A stretch of DNA of 64,000 nucleotides from NCBI GenBank assembly GCA_965222375.1, contig CBDCTZ010000015.1, forward strand, positions 544,001 to 608,000. The letters are read 5' to 3'. Both the position numbers and the translations under genes were made by a program. The notes under the pieces were generated by a model. It was not told the origin of the DNA and did not search any database. It saw only the letters and a list, made by a program, of their open reading frames with translations. Below are positions 29,531-40,865 of the stretch, piece after piece. This DNA is from Polyangiaceae bacterium. Lineage in GTDB: Bacteria; Myxococcota_A; Polyangia; Polyangiales; Polyangiaceae. How positions within the stretch are numbered: position 1 is the stretch's first letter; the number at the start of each line of letters is the position of its first letter.

Positions 29531-30243
29531 CCGTGGTCTGGGTGCACGGTGGCGCCTGGCTCACTGGTGATAAGTCGAACCAAATGGCGGACAAGATCGC
29601 CTGGTTTGGTGCTCGCAGGTGGCTGCTGATCAGCATCAACTATCGACTCTCGCCCAATCCACCGACCAGCGACCCTAGTCGCGTGATGTACCCAGCCCAC
29701 CCCACAGACGTTGCAGCGGCTCTGGACTACGTGCACCAGCATGCCACCGAGCTGGGAGCCGATTCCGGTCGCGTCGCGCTGCCAGGTCACTCCGCCGGCG
29801 CCCACTTGGTCGCACTGACCACGACGGACGAGAGCTTTCTCGCAGCGCACGGTAAATCCCTTGCGGCTGTCCGCTGCGTTGGTTCCTTCGACACCGAGGC
29901 CTACGACGTGCCCGCAGCCCTTGCAACCGCTTCGGCACAGCAGAAGGCCATCCTCGAGAACGCCTTTGGAACTCAGCCAACCCTGCATGCGCAAGCTTCG
30001 CCTCAAAACCACGTGGCTTCCGGCAAAGGGATCCCACCGCACTTGCTTGCCACCCGCGGCGCTGCAGATCGCAGAGCGATCCAGGAGGCCTTTCGCAAGG
30101 CTCTCGCCGACGCCGGCGTGAGCGTCACGATGATCGACGCCACCGGTCTCAGTCACGCACAGGTGAATGAGAGCATCGGCGCGCCCGGCGACACGGTCAT
30201 GACTCCTCCCCTGCTAGCTTTTCTGCAAACGTGTTTCCAGTGA
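29527..30243 (+). pseudogene. 5'-truncated alpha/beta hydrolase (HSL-type esterase)
   Basis: PTVVWVHGGAW, INYRLSP, GHSAGAHL, LSH; N-terminus missing. Confidence 0.65.
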
Positions 30244-30286
30244 ACTGCACATTGCTTGCCGCGGCGTGACGTGTACTCTCCGCGCC

Positions 30287-30979
30287 ATGGATGCAAAAGA
30301 CGCCGATCCGATTCTCGAGCAAACTCTGGCGGATCACCGCATGTCCCGCAGCGAGCGCAAGCGGATCGCACAGCTGGTGGCGGACAAGGGACTAGACGAC
30401 AATGCGCGTGCGTTCTGGCGCAGTCGCGTCTTTTCCCTGGCGGAGCGGGAGCTCGAAAGCGAGGAGGCCCGCGCCGTGCTGTCCTGGGTGGAGGAAGCCG
30501 TCAAGGCCCTGATTGTCCGGGAGCCGGAAGCCAAAAAGGAGCTCAAGGCCTACTTCAGCCCTGGAACCGCTTGCCGTGAGGCCATTCAGCGCCAGCTCCG
30601 AACTTGCCAGAAGACTGCAGACATCTGCGTGTTCACAATCACCGACAATCACGTGTCACGAGAGATCCTAGAAGCGCACCAACGCGGAGTTATCGTGCGA
30701 ATCATCTCCGACGATGACAAGTCCCTGGATCGCGGCTCAGATTTGCGCAAGCTCGAGGCCGAGGGCGTGCAAGTGCGCACGGACGCCAGCGAGCACCACA
30801 TGCATCATAAGTTCGCCGTTTTCGATCGTCGGATCGTGCTCACGGGTAGCTACAACTGGACCCGGTCCGCAGCGGACCACAACCGAGAGAACGTGCTCGT
30901 CGTGAAGGACGCAACAACGAGCGAAGCCTACCTCCGAGTATTCGAGACGCTGTGGAAGCAGTTCACTCCGATTGTCTGA
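30287..30979 (+). CDS. Phospholipase D-like domain protein with a single HKD motif
   Basis: YFSPG, DICVFTITD, MHHKFAVFD, TGSYNWT, NREN. Confidence 0.9.
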   Translation: MDAKDADPILEQTLADHRMSRSERKRIAQLVADKGLDDNARAFWRSRVFSLAERELESEEARAVLSWVEEAVKALIVREPEAKKELKAYFSPGTACREAIQRQLRTCQKTADICVFTITDNHVSREILEAHQRGVIVRIISDDDKSLDRGSDLRKLEAEGVQVRTDASEHHMHHKFAVFDRRIVLTGSYNWTRSAADHNRENVLVVKDATTSEAYLRVFETLWKQFTPIV

Positions 30980-31004
30980 CGCGGAGCATGATATCGCGAA
31001 ATCC

Positions 31005-31574
31005 TCAGGGACCGAAGGTGAAGCGCCAGCCCTGGGGAGTGAGTATGAAGGGAAAGGGGAATGTCGCGCGGACAACATCACCGCGCCGAACCAGGGGCTG
31101 CACGACGGCGATTTCCGTGTCGCGCTTGAGCTTCTCATTCTCGGCAGCCTTCAAGCTACGACGTTCTTTGACCCGCACGCCGACCACGGAACCCTTCGAT
31201 GGATCCGCCTCTCGACCTTCCCGGGCCCGAGCGTCCAGGAACTCTTCGAGGCGCTCGTCGAATTCAGCCTCGGTCATTGCCTTGTTGCTGAAAGCCGTGA
31301 ACTGGGCATGGGTCAGCGCCAGGCCGCGTGCCGTTTCGCGGTCGTCGGCGAGCATGGCGCGAAAGAAGCGCTCGGCAACCTCCTCCACTGGCTCCGGCTC
31401 CGCGTCAGCACGCGCGGGTGGAGCGCTAGGCGCCGGTTCCGGTTCCGCGGCCGCCGCTGTCGCAGGTGGCGGCGCAACCACGGTTGCGGGTTGAGAGTTG
31501 GTCCCGGGCGTAGTTTTGGACGCGGCAGGTGGGCCACCACATGCGAAAGCAACCCAGGCCATGCCAACGGCCAT
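31005..31574 (-). CDS. Hypothetical lipoprotein
   Basis: VAFACGG lipobox, Pro/Ala linker; start may be GTG 31592. Confidence 0.55.
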   Translation of the reverse strand: MAVGMAWVAFACGGPPAASKTTPGTNSQPATVVAPPPATAAAAEPEPAPSAPPARADAEPEPVEEVAERFFRAMLADDRETARGLALTHAQFTAFSNKAMTEAEFDERLEEFLDARAREGREADPSKGSVVGVRVKERRSLKAAENEKLKRDTEIAVVQPLVRRGDVVRATFPFPFILTPQGWRFTFGP

Positions 31575-31625
31575 CAAGCCAGTGAGTTTCACGATCTGCG
31601 CGTAGCATGCACACGCCGGCGCCCC

Positions 31626-31742
31626 AAGGCGGCCCAAAACGAGAGTAGTGGCCCGAGGCGCCCCAGCGCTCACCCCTTCGGGTGTTGCCCCTTCGGGCAT
31701 CGCGAAGCGCGTCACAAGCGCGTCGATCCCAAAACCCAAGCA
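31626..31742 (-). repeat. Dispersed REP-like element, copy E2 (twin GAAG-loop hairpins)
   Basis: 31671-31734 resembles the reverse complement of 42832-42896; 31629-31654 resembles E1. Confidence 0.75.
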
Positions 31743-31758
31743 ACCGCAGGGTCAACTA

Positions 31759-33345
31759 CTACTTCTTCTTGAGCACACGGCCAATCGTGTTGCGGCCGAT
31801 ACCAAGGCGGCGAGCGGCTTCGGTCTTGTTGCCGTCGGCGGCTGCCACGGCGCGCTGCACGATCAGGCGAGTCGCATCGTCGAAGCTCATTCCGTCGGGG
31901 ATCAACACGCCCATGTCGGCCTGCGTCCCGGCGAGGGGCTTGGACGACGCGGGCAAGAGCTCGTCGGCGATCGCTCCCTCCGGCGAAAGCACGACCGCAC
32001 TCTCGACCCAATGCTCCAGCTCGCGCACGTTGCCGGGCCAGCGATGGCGCCGCAGTTTATCGAGCGCTGCCGGTGCAAATTGTGGCATGGGGCGGCCATA
32101 GCGCTCGGCATAGCGTTCAGCGAAGTGGCGCGCGAGGATCTCGACTTCAGCGGCACCGCGCTCTCGCAAGGGCGGCACGTCGATCTCCACGACCCGCACG
32201 CGGTAGTAGAGGTCTTCGCGGAAGCGTCCCTCTTTGACGAGTTGTTTCAGATTGCGATGCGTCGCACATAGGATGCGGACGTCGCAGGTCAGAGTCTCTC
32301 GACCCCCAACGCGTTCGAAAGCGCGCTCCTGTAGGAAGCGGAGCAGCTTGCCCTGCATTTCCTGGGGCAGTTCCCCGATCTCGTCCAGAAACAGCGTGCC
32401 ACCTTCGGCCAGCTCGACCTTGCCGCGTACGCGGCGATCCGCTCCGGTGAAGGCACCCCGTTCGTGACCAAAGAGCTCGCTCTCGACCAACTCGCGGGGC
32501 AGCGTGGTGCAGTCCACGATCACGAAGGGACCCGCTTGGCGGGCGGAGTTCACGTGGATGGCTCGAGCCAGCAGGCCCTTGCCCGTACCCGTTTCACCGC
32601 TGAGCAACACGGCCGCATCGGTCTGTGCGGAAAGCGCAATGCGCTCATACACCTTCTTCATGGCGGAGCTGCGACCTACGATGCGATTGAAGGGGCCCCG
32701 CAGGGTAACGCCAGGTTCGGAGGCGACTTCTGCGCGCAGGGTCGTCATCGACAGCGCGCGCCCCAACTGCACGGACAGAGCGTTCAGGTAGCGCTCGTCG
32801 TCGGAGTCGAAGGGCCCAGCAGCCTTGTTGAGCAGCTGCACCACGCCTCGCACCGGCGCGCGTTCGTGCTCACGAATCGGCACGACCAGCATGGAGCGGG
32901 TGGTGTAGCCGGTAACGCGATCTGCGCTCGGGTCGAAGCGTTCATCGTTGGCTGCGTCGTCAACGCGCACCGTCTCGCCGGTTCGCGCAACGTATCCCGC
33001 GATGCCTCGGCTCAAGGGCTGGCGCAGTTCACCCAGCTCCGGCAACAGCGCGACGCGGGTTACGAGCTCTCCCCGCTCCGCGTCGAAAAGCCAAATACTC
33101 GCTCGATCGGCGGCGAGGGCCTCCGACAACCGCTCGCAGGCCGACGAGAGCAGAGTGTCGAGATCCACCTCGCGCGCAAGGAGCGAAGAGAGGTCCACGA
33201 GCAGTGACAAGCGGGACATGGCCAACGGAGCAGAGTCGAGGGTAGTGCATTTGGGGGCCGCACTGTCCCGAGGCGGCTTTTGACCCAAGTCGACGCCAAA
33301 TTCCCCCTGCTTGGCGCTGGGGGCGTCTGGCTGGGGGAGGTTCAA
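31759..33345 (-). CDS. GAF-domain sigma54-dependent enhancer-binding protein
   Basis: GAF ([28 protein letters not shown]); [47 protein letters not shown]. Start may be 33219. Confidence 0.95.
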   Translation of the reverse strand: MNLPQPDAPSAKQGEFGVDLGQKPPRDSAAPKCTTLDSAPLAMSRLSLLVDLSSLLAREVDLDTLLSSACERLSEALAADRASIWLFDAERGELVTRVALLPELGELRQPLSRGIAGYVARTGETVRVDDAANDERFDPSADRVTGYTTRSMLVVPIREHERAPVRGVVQLLNKAAGPFDSDDERYLNALSVQLGRALSMTTLRAEVASEPGVTLRGPFNRIVGRSSAMKKVYERIALSAQTDAAVLLSGETGTGKGLLARAIHVNSARQAGPFVIVDCTTLPRELVESELFGHERGAFTGADRRVRGKVELAEGGTLFLDEIGELPQEMQGKLLRFLQERAFERVGGRETLTCDVRILCATHRNLKQLVKEGRFREDLYYRVRVVEIDVPPLRERGAAEVEILARHFAERYAERYGRPMPQFAPAALDKLRRHRWPGNVRELEHWVESAVVLSPEGAIADELLPASSKPLAGTQADMGVLIPDGMSFDDATRLIVQRAVAAADGNKTEAARRLGIGRNTIGRVLKKK

Positions 33346-34193
33346 GCGGCAACTCCCTTCGCGGTAGGCAGCTCCAGGCTCAAGCCCTCGCGAGCGGCAT
33401 GGGACTCAGTGAAGAGTTCGCGAGTCCGTCGTTCCAGTTCCAGCACCTCGACGTCGCTGCGCTTTGGGTCGTGGTGGAAGAGCAGGTACTTGCCGACACC
33501 CGCTGCGTTGGCCAAGGCGGCGCCCGCTTCGTAGGTAGAGTGCCCCCAACCGACTTTGGAGGGTCCACCCTCGCCACTGTATTCAGCGGGGGTGTACTGG
33601 GAATCGTAGATCAGAATGTCAGCTCCTTCAGCCAGTTTGCACAAGGCCGGGTCGACGCAGGCGTAGTGCTCCGTATCGGTTGCGTACACGACGCTCCGAC
33701 CTTCGTAGTCGATTCGATAGGCCATGCTGCCGCCCGGGTGGTTCAGCTTGGCGACGGTCACCTGGCTGCTGCCAACCTCGAAGGTCTCGCCGGGGTGCAC
33801 GTCCCGGGTGGAAAGCCGCGACGGAACCTGGTCGAGCCGAACCGGGAAGACAGGGCTTTGCATCTGGTACTCCAGAACCTCGTGCATCGAGCAACGTTCA
33901 GCCGCGGGTCCGATGACCTCGAGCAGCGTGCTCGGCAAGTAGATGGGCACGAAGAAGGGCAAGCCCTGGATGTGATCCCAATGGTGATGGCTGAGTAGCA
34001 TCGTGGCTTTCACCTCGCCTTCGCTCAGCAGCTGGTCACCCAGCGCGCGCAGACCCGTACCCGCGTCCAAGATGATGCGCTCGCTGCCACAGCGCACCTC
34101 CACGCAACTGGTGTTGCCGCCAATCTCGGCGGTCGCCGGGCCCGGTGCTGCGATGCTTCCACGTACGCCCCAGAATCGAATTTTCATGCTCAT
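33342..34193 (-). CDS. MBL-fold metallo-hydrolase (PhnP / cyclic phosphodiesterase-like)
   Basis: FWGVRGS, GGNTSC, DAGTG, SHHHWDHIQG, TDTE, WGHS, FHHDP; GGAGG RBS. Confidence 0.9.
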   Translation of the reverse strand: MSMKIRFWGVRGSIAAPGPATAEIGGNTSCVEVRCGSERIILDAGTGLRALGDQLLSEGEVKATMLLSHHHWDHIQGLPFFVPIYLPSTLLEVIGPAAERCSMHEVLEYQMQSPVFPVRLDQVPSRLSTRDVHPGETFEVGSSQVTVAKLNHPGGSMAYRIDYEGRSVVYATDTEHYACVDPALCKLAEGADILIYDSQYTPAEYSGEGGPSKVGWGHSTYEAGAALANAAGVGKYLLFHHDPKRSDVEVLELERRTRELFTESHAAREGLSLELPTAKGVAA

Positions 34194-34221
34194 GTTTCCT
34201 CCTGTGTTTGCGCTAAGCCAT

Positions 34222-34237
34222 TGCGACAGCCGTGCCG
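34222..34237 (-). promoter_or_regulatory. Putative sigma54 promoter CGGCACGGCTGTCGCA
   Basis: GG-N10-GC spacing about 30 bp upstream of ATG 34193; NtrC-like dyad CGCACCAGAATGGCGCG at ~34277-34293. Confidence 0.6.
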
Positions 34238-34418
34238 TTGCAAAGCCCCGCAAAAACGAGGGGTTTTTGCGTTCGTCGCACCAGAATGGCGCGCCAAATT
34301 GGGGCGCCGTATCGGCGCCGCGCAACAGCGATCGCGTCGGGCGCACAGGGGGCCAGCGCACCGAGCAGCTTGCGTGGGTGAGTGGACGAGTGCGACGGCC
34401 GCCCGGGCTCGGGTCTGG

Positions 34419-35747
34419 TTAGCGCCCTTCGCCCATACCGTGCTTGCGCATGAGCTTCTGCATCATCTGGCGGGAGACTTCGGCCACTGCCGCCGCTCGA
34501 GTGATGTTGCCCTCGGTGCGCGCCAATACTTGGTTCAGATACTCCTGCTCGAAGTCGTCGCCGGCTTGGCGCCGCGCCAGACGCAGCGGCATCACGCTGT
34601 CGCCGTCGACCCACTTCGGCGCAGCCTTGCTTCCAGTCTCCGTGACCACACCGGTGGCGAGAGGTCGCTCGGGCATGATGGTCAAGCGTCGAACGGCGTT
34701 TCGCAGCTCGCGCACGTTGCCCGGCCAGCGGTGGGCCCGAAACATTTCCCAGACGTCCGGAGGCACGTCGGATAGACGCTTCGGCGGCCGCTCCATGGCG
34801 AGAAAATGCTCCACCAGCATCTCGAGGTCTTCCATGCGGTCCCGCAGCGGCGGCACCAGCACGTGTCCCTGAGCCAGCCGGAAGTAGAGGTCTTGGCGAA
34901 AGCTACCCTTCTCTACCTCTGCGCGGAGGTTGCGATTGGTCGCGGCAATGATTCGAACGTCGACTTCAATGGTCCCCCGGCCGCCTACCCGACGGATCTC
35001 TCGCTTTTCCAAGACCCGCAGCAGCTTGGGCTGCAGCTCGAGGGGCAATTCGCCGATCTCGTCTAGAAACAGCGTGCCGCCGTTGGCCTGTTCGAACACC
35101 CCGGCATGGGTGCCATGGGCGCCCGTGAAGGAGCCCCGTTCGTGCCCGAACAGCTCGCTCTCGATGACTGTCGAGGCCACAGCTCCACAGTCGAACACCA
35201 CGAACGGCGCGTTGGCCCGAGCCGATTCCCCGTGGACGGCTTCAGCGACCAAGTCTTTGCCAGTTCCAGTTTCCCCTTCGACCAGCAAAGTCACATCCGT
35301 CGCCGCAATGCGATCGAGATCCGCAAACAGCTCGCGAATGCGCGGCGCCTTGCCCAGCACATCGCCGAAGCGGTCCATGGCGACCTGCACACGGCCCACG
35401 GTTTCTTCCAGCCAATTGACCGCCAGCCAGGTCTCGCCCAGGGCAATCTGAAAATCTCCGGGAACGAACGCGTCCCGGACGCGAACACCGCCAAGCATGA
35501 TGCCGTTGGTCGACGCCACGTCCCGCACACGCATGCCCAAAGGCGTGGGCTCGAGCTCCGCATGTCGGCGGCTCACGGTGTCGTCAGTGAGCACGATTTC
35601 GTTTTCAGGTGCGGTGCCGATTCGAATTGGCAAGCCCGCGCTTTCGTGGCTGGCGCCGACGTTTGGCCCTCGAGTTACGCTGACGCGAGTCTTGGCGTAG
35701 CGCACCACCGTGGGAACGGGGCGCGCGCGAGTAGGCCCTTCGCTCAT
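34419..35747 (-). CDS. FHA-domain sigma54-dependent enhancer-binding protein
   Basis: FHA (IGT..VSRRHA..DVASTNG); [27 protein letters not shown]. Confidence 0.95.
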   Translation of the reverse strand: MSEGPTRARPVPTVVRYAKTRVSVTRGPNVGASHESAGLPIRIGTAPENEIVLTDDTVSRRHAELEPTPLGMRVRDVASTNGIMLGGVRVRDAFVPGDFQIALGETWLAVNWLEETVGRVQVAMDRFGDVLGKAPRIRELFADLDRIAATDVTLLVEGETGTGKDLVAEAVHGESARANAPFVVFDCGAVASTVIESELFGHERGSFTGAHGTHAGVFEQANGGTLFLDEIGELPLELQPKLLRVLEKREIRRVGGRGTIEVDVRIIAATNRNLRAEVEKGSFRQDLYFRLAQGHVLVPPLRDRMEDLEMLVEHFLAMERPPKRLSDVPPDVWEMFRAHRWPGNVRELRNAVRRLTIMPERPLATGVVTETGSKAAPKWVDGDSVMPLRLARRQAGDDFEQEYLNQVLARTEGNITRAAAVAEVSRQMMQKLMRKHGMGEGR

Positions 35748-35758
35748 GACGGGACAGT

Positions 35759-37219
35759 TTATCGCACAGGGGGCAAGCGCCGGCTAGCCGAGCGCCTGCG
35801 CCTCAAAAGCCCCAAAACCAGGGCAAGCGCGAAGAATCCGGAGGGTGCGGGGCCAGCCCGCAGCTGGCAGCCTCCCTCGGATCCGGAGCGACGCAAGCTG
35901 GTGTTGTTTGGGCCAGAAGGTCCAGCGGGGTAGCAGGCATCGCCGAACCCAGTCGGATCTTCTTGATTCGGATTGGCAACGCCGGGGCAGTTGTCCGCCA
36001 GATTCGGGATGCCATCTCCGTCCAAGTCGTCATCGCAATCGTCGCCGACCCCGTCACCGTCCGTGTCTTGTTGGCTGGCCGTGGGATTGCGAGGGCACAG
36101 ATCCTGGTCGTCGGGGATGCCATCACCATCGTCGTCGTCATCGCAGGCATTGCCGACGCCATCGCCGTCAGTGTCGAGCTGTTCCGGATCATACACGTTG
36201 GGGCAGACGTCGATGTCGTCGGAAACGCCATCTGAGTCCGAATCGCCATCGCAGGCATCACCCACGCCGTTCTTGTCGCTGTCCAGCTGGTCGGAATTGC
36301 TGACCTTCGGGCAGTTGTCCGCAGCGTCCGCTACGCCATCACCATCGTCGTCGGGATCACAGACATCCCCGGCGCCGTCTTTGTCCGTATCCAATTGGTT
36401 GGCATTCTTTGTGCTCGGGCAGTTGTCCTTATCGTCGGTGACGCCATCGCCGTCGGCGTCAGCGCTTCCACACGTCGGGTCTTTCGCAAACCCGTCCGCG
36501 GGAGACTTTTTGAGCCGCTCCTCGGTCTGAGGCCCGTAGTCCCCGTCCTCGGTGATCGGGTCGCCCGGGTTGTTCAAGTTCCAGAGCATCTGGAAGGCAA
36601 GCACGTCCTTGCCTTTGAGGTTCTTCGTGCCAGGGCCCTTGTAGTCGAAGTGCACTTTGTCAGCGCTGCCAAACCACTTGAAGCCTTGCTGCGTGAGGGG
36701 CGCGTTCCAGCTGGAATACTGGCTGGTGTCGATGGCGAGGCCGGACTCGTGGTTGGAATTGCCAGGATAAGCCGCCAAGCCAATGCCGCACTTTTTCAGC
36801 TGCCCCCAGCGGTAGAGCAGGTACTGCTGAGCAACGGTGCGGAACATGGAGTTCACCGTCATGCTCTTGCTCGGGTTCGCATCCAGCGCTTTTACCAATG
36901 CGTCCTTGGCGGCGGGCTGCATGTAGGGGAAAGCTGCGGCGCCGAAAGTGATGTTTGGCCGATTCGGAACAACAGTCATGACACCCGGGATGATGCAGTT
37001 CATCTGGGCGACAATCTGCTCGGACAAGCCCTTCACGCTCGTCGTGGTGCAACTGGCCTGAGACGCCTCGTACACGCTGCTACCGAGGGGCAGCGTGACG
37101 CTGGCGACATCTTCGGGCTCGTGGGCGTGTGGTTCGTGCTCCGGAGCCGTCTCGACAGAGCACGCGCTGACGGCTAGGGGTACGAGCCCAAGAACGATGT
37201 GGCGTAGCGGGATGCGCAT
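35759..37219 (-). CDS. Peptidase M15 (VanY-like) + PG-binding + TSP3 repeats + MYXO-CTERM
   Basis: [34 protein letters not shown]; DxDGDGxxDxxDNCP repeats; [11 protein letters not shown]. Confidence 0.8.
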   Translation of the reverse strand: MRIPLRHIVLGLVPLAVSACSVETAPEHEPHAHEPEDVASVTLPLGSSVYEASQASCTTTSVKGLSEQIVAQMNCIIPGVMTVVPNRPNITFGAAAFPYMQPAAKDALVKALDANPSKSMTVNSMFRTVAQQYLLYRWGQLKKCGIGLAAYPGNSNHESGLAIDTSQYSSWNAPLTQQGFKWFGSADKVHFDYKGPGTKNLKGKDVLAFQMLWNLNNPGDPITEDGDYGPQTEERLKKSPADGFAKDPTCGSADADGDGVTDDKDNCPSTKNANQLDTDKDGAGDVCDPDDDGDGVADAADNCPKVSNSDQLDSDKNGVGDACDGDSDSDGVSDDIDVCPNVYDPEQLDTDGDGVGNACDDDDDGDGIPDDQDLCPRNPTASQQDTDGDGVGDDCDDDLDGDGIPNLADNCPGVANPNQEDPTGFGDACYPAGPSGPNNTSLRRSGSEGGCQLRAGPAPSGFFALALVLGLLRRRRSASRRLPPVR

Positions 37220-37228
37220 CTCGGGATC

Positions 37229-38692
37229 CTAGCAATCGCGACCAGTCGAACGCCGACGTCGCAACACCCCCGCCATGACGAAGAGAACCAGCGCGCCGGC
37301 GGAGCCTGAGTTACCCGCCCCGACCTGGCACCCGCCCTCGGAGCCGGAGTTTTGCAGCGTGGTCTTCTGCGTGTTTCCTCCCGCGCCGCCGCCGGCACCG
37401 CTGCCGCCGGTTCCGACGATCCCGACGCAGGCGTCGCCAACACCGTCATCGTCGGCGTCGGCCTGGTCCATATTCGGGACGGTGGGGCAGTTGTCTACTC
37501 CGTCCGCAACGCCGTCATCGTCATCATCACCGTCGCATGCATCACCGAGGCCATCGCCGTCGGTATCGACCTGCAAGGGGTCTGGCGTGTTCGGGCACAA
37601 ATCATCGGCGTCGGCTACGCCATCGCCGTCTACATCCCCTTCACAGGCGTCGCCCACGCCATCTTTGTTGGCGTCGAGCTGGTCCGCGTTGGACACCTTG
37701 GGGCAGTTGTCCGCGCCGTCCGCAACGCCATCCTCGTCGTCGTCGCCGTCGCAAGCGTCACCCTGGGCGTCTCCGTCGGTGTTGAGCTGCCCGGCATTCT
37801 TGGTCAGCGGGCAGTTGTCCTGCCCGTCGGCCACCCCATCGCCGTCGTCGTCGGAGTCGCAGGCATCACCCTGTCCGTCCTTGTCCGTGTCGGTTTGCTT
37901 CGCGTTCTTCACCGACACGCAATTGTCGGAGCTGTCCGCCACGCCATCGCCATCTTTGTCTGCGGGTTGAGTGACGCAACTTCCGGTCGCCGTGAATAGC
38001 TTGATATCGGCGCCGTAGTAGAACTTGAGGATCTGCTTGTAGTCGTAGCCCTTGGTGTTCTCGAGACAGCGCGCTCCCCACTGCGCCATGCAGCCGCGGT
38101 TTTGCCCGAACACGGACTGACCGGGTGGGATGTAGCCCAGAGTCGTCATCTTGACGCCGGCACCAGTCTTGCCCTCGTTGTAGGTGACGTACTTTTCCGT
38201 TGACCCCGAGCTTCCCTTGCAGCTGCTCGGATTGACCGTGTTGTCCCCGGCGACATAGAAGCCGTAGGTCAGGTAGCCTGTGTGCGACAGGTACACGCCC
38301 GAGGTTTCCTTGACCGCCTGATACGCCTCGGCCTTCGGCTTGGCTCCGCAGCTGTAGACCTGGCAGCCCTGGCTGTCGCAGATGCTGCCCTTGGTCGCCA
38401 TGTTGTAGTAGGCAACGGAGCGTGCGGCGATGGCCTGGGCCTTCAGTGCTTCCAGATTCGCGCCGCCGTTCTCGCAGGTGATCACATTGGGCAGGTAGTC
38501 GTTCTCCATGCTCTTGGTGCCCTTGCCCTCTACAAGCACGTTGCAATAGGCCTTGGCCAAGGGCGCCGCCACCGCCTCTTGGAGCTGCCCAACCGTTTCC
38601 CCGGGTTCCGGGTCTCCCGCCCCGCAGCCCACGACTGAGATCGAAAGCGCGCCAAACAGACCACCGACTACCGAAGCTCGAATTGCGCGCAT
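37229..38692 (-). CDS. SpoIID/LytB-domain + TSP3 repeats + MYXO-CTERM protein
   Basis: [43 protein letters not shown]3 repeats; GGC..VLRRRR. Confidence 0.85.
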   Translation of the reverse strand: MRAIRASVVGGLFGALSISVVGCGAGDPEPGETVGQLQEAVAAPLAKAYCNVLVEGKGTKSMENDYLPNVITCENGGANLEALKAQAIAARSVAYYNMATKGSICDSQGCQVYSCGAKPKAEAYQAVKETSGVYLSHTGYLTYGFYVAGDNTVNPSSCKGSSGSTEKYVTYNEGKTGAGVKMTTLGYIPPGQSVFGQNRGCMAQWGARCLENTKGYDYKQILKFYYGADIKLFTATGSCVTQPADKDGDGVADSSDNCVSVKNAKQTDTDKDGQGDACDSDDDGDGVADGQDNCPLTKNAGQLNTDGDAQGDACDGDDDEDGVADGADNCPKVSNADQLDANKDGVGDACEGDVDGDGVADADDLCPNTPDPLQVDTDGDGLGDACDGDDDDDGVADGVDNCPTVPNMDQADADDDGVGDACVGIVGTGGSGAGGGAGGNTQKTTLQNSGSEGGCQVGAGNSGSAGALVLFVMAGVLRRRRSTGRDC

Positions 38693-38754
38693 GTTGGTTC
38701 AGTCTAGCTCGAAGAATGGAAGTGGATGGATCCCGGGCGGGGTGCGCAAATGTA

Positions 38755-38867
38755 GGCAAGCCTGGGTCCAATGCCCGGAGCGACGCGATTTCGCGGACTT
38801 GGACCCGCTTTGCTGCCCCCAAAGTGCCAACACCGCAACCAAAGGGTGCCAACTGATAGTTGGCACC
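38755..38867 (-). promoter_or_regulatory. Sigma54-like promoter (TGGACCCAGGCTTGCC, 38755-38770) with upstream dyad GGTGCCAACT-gat-AGTTGGCACC (38845-38867)
   Basis: GG-N10-GC spacing; perfect 10-bp inverted repeat plus an extra half-site at 38824. Confidence 0.45.
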
Positions 38868-39020
38868 TGGCGCTTTGGCGCCCTGGAGGCGGCGCTATCC
38901 GCGGCGGGCCAATCAGTGTTGCACGCGCAACTCTGGGTGGGCGGCGTGCGGGGGTGGTCGATCAGCGTTGCAGGCGCAACTCTGGGAGGCGGCGCGTGAC
39001 TGACGGCTCGCAGGTCCCTG

Positions 39021-40535
39021 TTAAGTGCGAACATGAGCGCCTAACGCATCGAGCAAACCCGCAACTGTGTACTCGCTGGCCGTCAGCGTAGGCTCGATGC
39101 CCCGCGCCTGCGCAGCGCGAGTAGTCACTGGCCCGATGCTCGCCACGACAACCTGCGATAGGAGCTCTTTGGCTTCGGCTCCGAGAAGCTCGCAAGTGGA
39201 AGCTACCGTGGACCCCGACGTGAACATGATGACGTCTAGTTGACCCGAGCGGAGGCGCTCCGCGAGTTCCGCCCCCCGCGAAGCCGCCACAGGACGGGTT
39301 TCGTAGGCGGATACGACGTTCACATCGAAGCCGGCGTCCCTCAACATCTCGGGAAGGGTCTCCCGGGCGCTGAGGGCACGCGGAATGAGCACGCGCCCCC
39401 GGGCAGATCCCCGGAGCAGCTCTTGGGCCAAACTCTCGCCCACGAACTCTTTCGCTACGACGTCACTCCGGATGCCGTACTTCGCGAGAGCGTCCGCGGT
39501 CTTGGGACCGATCACCCCAACGCGAACCGAGCCCAAAGCACGCGCGTCTTTACCCGCCGCAGCCAGGGCCGAAAAGAAACGATCCACTCCGTTGGCGCTC
39601 GTGAACAAGACCCAGCTGTACTGCTCGAGCTGTCCAATCGCCTGCTTCATCGGGCCCGAGTCCGGCGGATCGCAGATCTCGATTACGGGGAACAACACCG
39701 GTTCGGCGCCGCGACCGCGGATAGCCTCCGCTGTCGCCCGGGCTTGATGCGCAGCCCTGGGCACCAAGATGTGTTTGCCGAATAGCGGTCGGTTGTCGAA
39801 CCAGCGGAGCTTTTCGCGCAGGCTGACGATCTCGCCAACCACGATAATCGCGGGGTTTGACAGGCCCTCATCCCGCGCGCGTTGCGCAATGTTGGCGAGC
39901 TGCCCCGTCGCGACCCGCTGAGCCGGACGGGCGCCCCATTGGATCACCGCCGCGGGAGTCGCCGGGGAGCGACCTCCATCGATGATGGCTTGGGTGATCT
40001 CTTCGATTCTGCGCATGCCCATGAGTACGCAAATCGTGTCCGTCGCCGTGGCCAGCTTCTTCCAGGCCGCCGGCGACCACTCCTTACCCGCCTTGTCGCT
40101 TCCAGTAATGAAAGTGGCACTGGAAGACAGGTCCCGGTGAGTGAGCGACATGCCGGCATAGGTCGTTGCTCCCACGGGTGAAGGGATCCCGGGTACGACC
40201 TCGAAGCGCACTCCCGCTGCATCCAGAGCTTCGGCTTCTTCGGAGCCCCGAGCGAAGAGAAACGGGTCGCCGCCCTTGAGCCGGACGACGTTCTTTCCTG
40301 CACGCGCCAGCCCGATCAGCTGCCGCGTGATCGAGTCTTGAGTGGGGCTCTCGACATTATAGCGCTTGCCGACATCTCGCTTCTCAGCAGCCGGGCACTC
40401 GTCGAGCAGCGCGGAGTGCGCAAGCGCGTCGTAGAGCACGACGTCCGCGCCCCGCAGGGCCTGCAACCCTCGTACGGTTATCAATCCCGGGTCCCCAGGT
40501 CCGGACCCGACCAACCACACCTTGCCCTTCGTCAT
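39021..40535 (-). CDS. cobA/hemD: Uroporphyrinogen-III C-methyltransferase / uroporphyrinogen-III synthase fusion
   Basis: [47 protein letters not shown]. Confidence 0.92.
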   Translation of the reverse strand: MTKGKVWLVGSGPGDPGLITVRGLQALRGADVVLYDALAHSALLDECPAAEKRDVGKRYNVESPTQDSITRQLIGLARAGKNVVRLKGGDPFLFARGSEEAEALDAAGVRFEVVPGIPSPVGATTYAGMSLTHRDLSSSATFITGSDKAGKEWSPAAWKKLATATDTICVLMGMRRIEEITQAIIDGGRSPATPAAVIQWGARPAQRVATGQLANIAQRARDEGLSNPAIIVVGEIVSLREKLRWFDNRPLFGKHILVPRAAHQARATAEAIRGRGAEPVLFPVIEICDPPDSGPMKQAIGQLEQYSWVLFTSANGVDRFFSALAAAGKDARALGSVRVGVIGPKTADALAKYGIRSDVVAKEFVGESLAQELLRGSARGRVLIPRALSARETLPEMLRDAGFDVNVVSAYETRPVAASRGAELAERLRSGQLDVIMFTSGSTVASTCELLGAEAKELLSQVVVASIGPVTTRAAQARGIEPTLTASEYTVAGLLDALGAHVRT

Positions 40536-40865
40536 GCTGGTCGCGACCGACCCTAACTCAGGGCGACCCAGCTGCGACGGCCTCGTCACTGGGCCTGCCC
40601 GCGGGTGGAGGTGCTCGGCGAGGCTCAGGTCCCGCTCTTTAGCCCGGTCTACCCCGGCACATCCATGGCGAAAGCGGCGAACGGCCGTTCACCTGTACGC
40701 ACCTTCAGCTGGGATCGCGAGCGCTGCAACCACACAAAACCATTGGACATTTTTCTGACACCTGAAAATCTGTCTTGACTTTGATGAGCGGACAGGCCAC
40801 ATCCACCCACCTTGTGAGTACCTGTAGGTGGGCCCTCGGTACTCCAGCAATTCGAGGAGTGCTCA

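Noticed and set aside
30287..30979. PLD protein as part of a defence system
   Set aside because: Stand-alone gene with no helicase, methylase or other defence partner adjacent.
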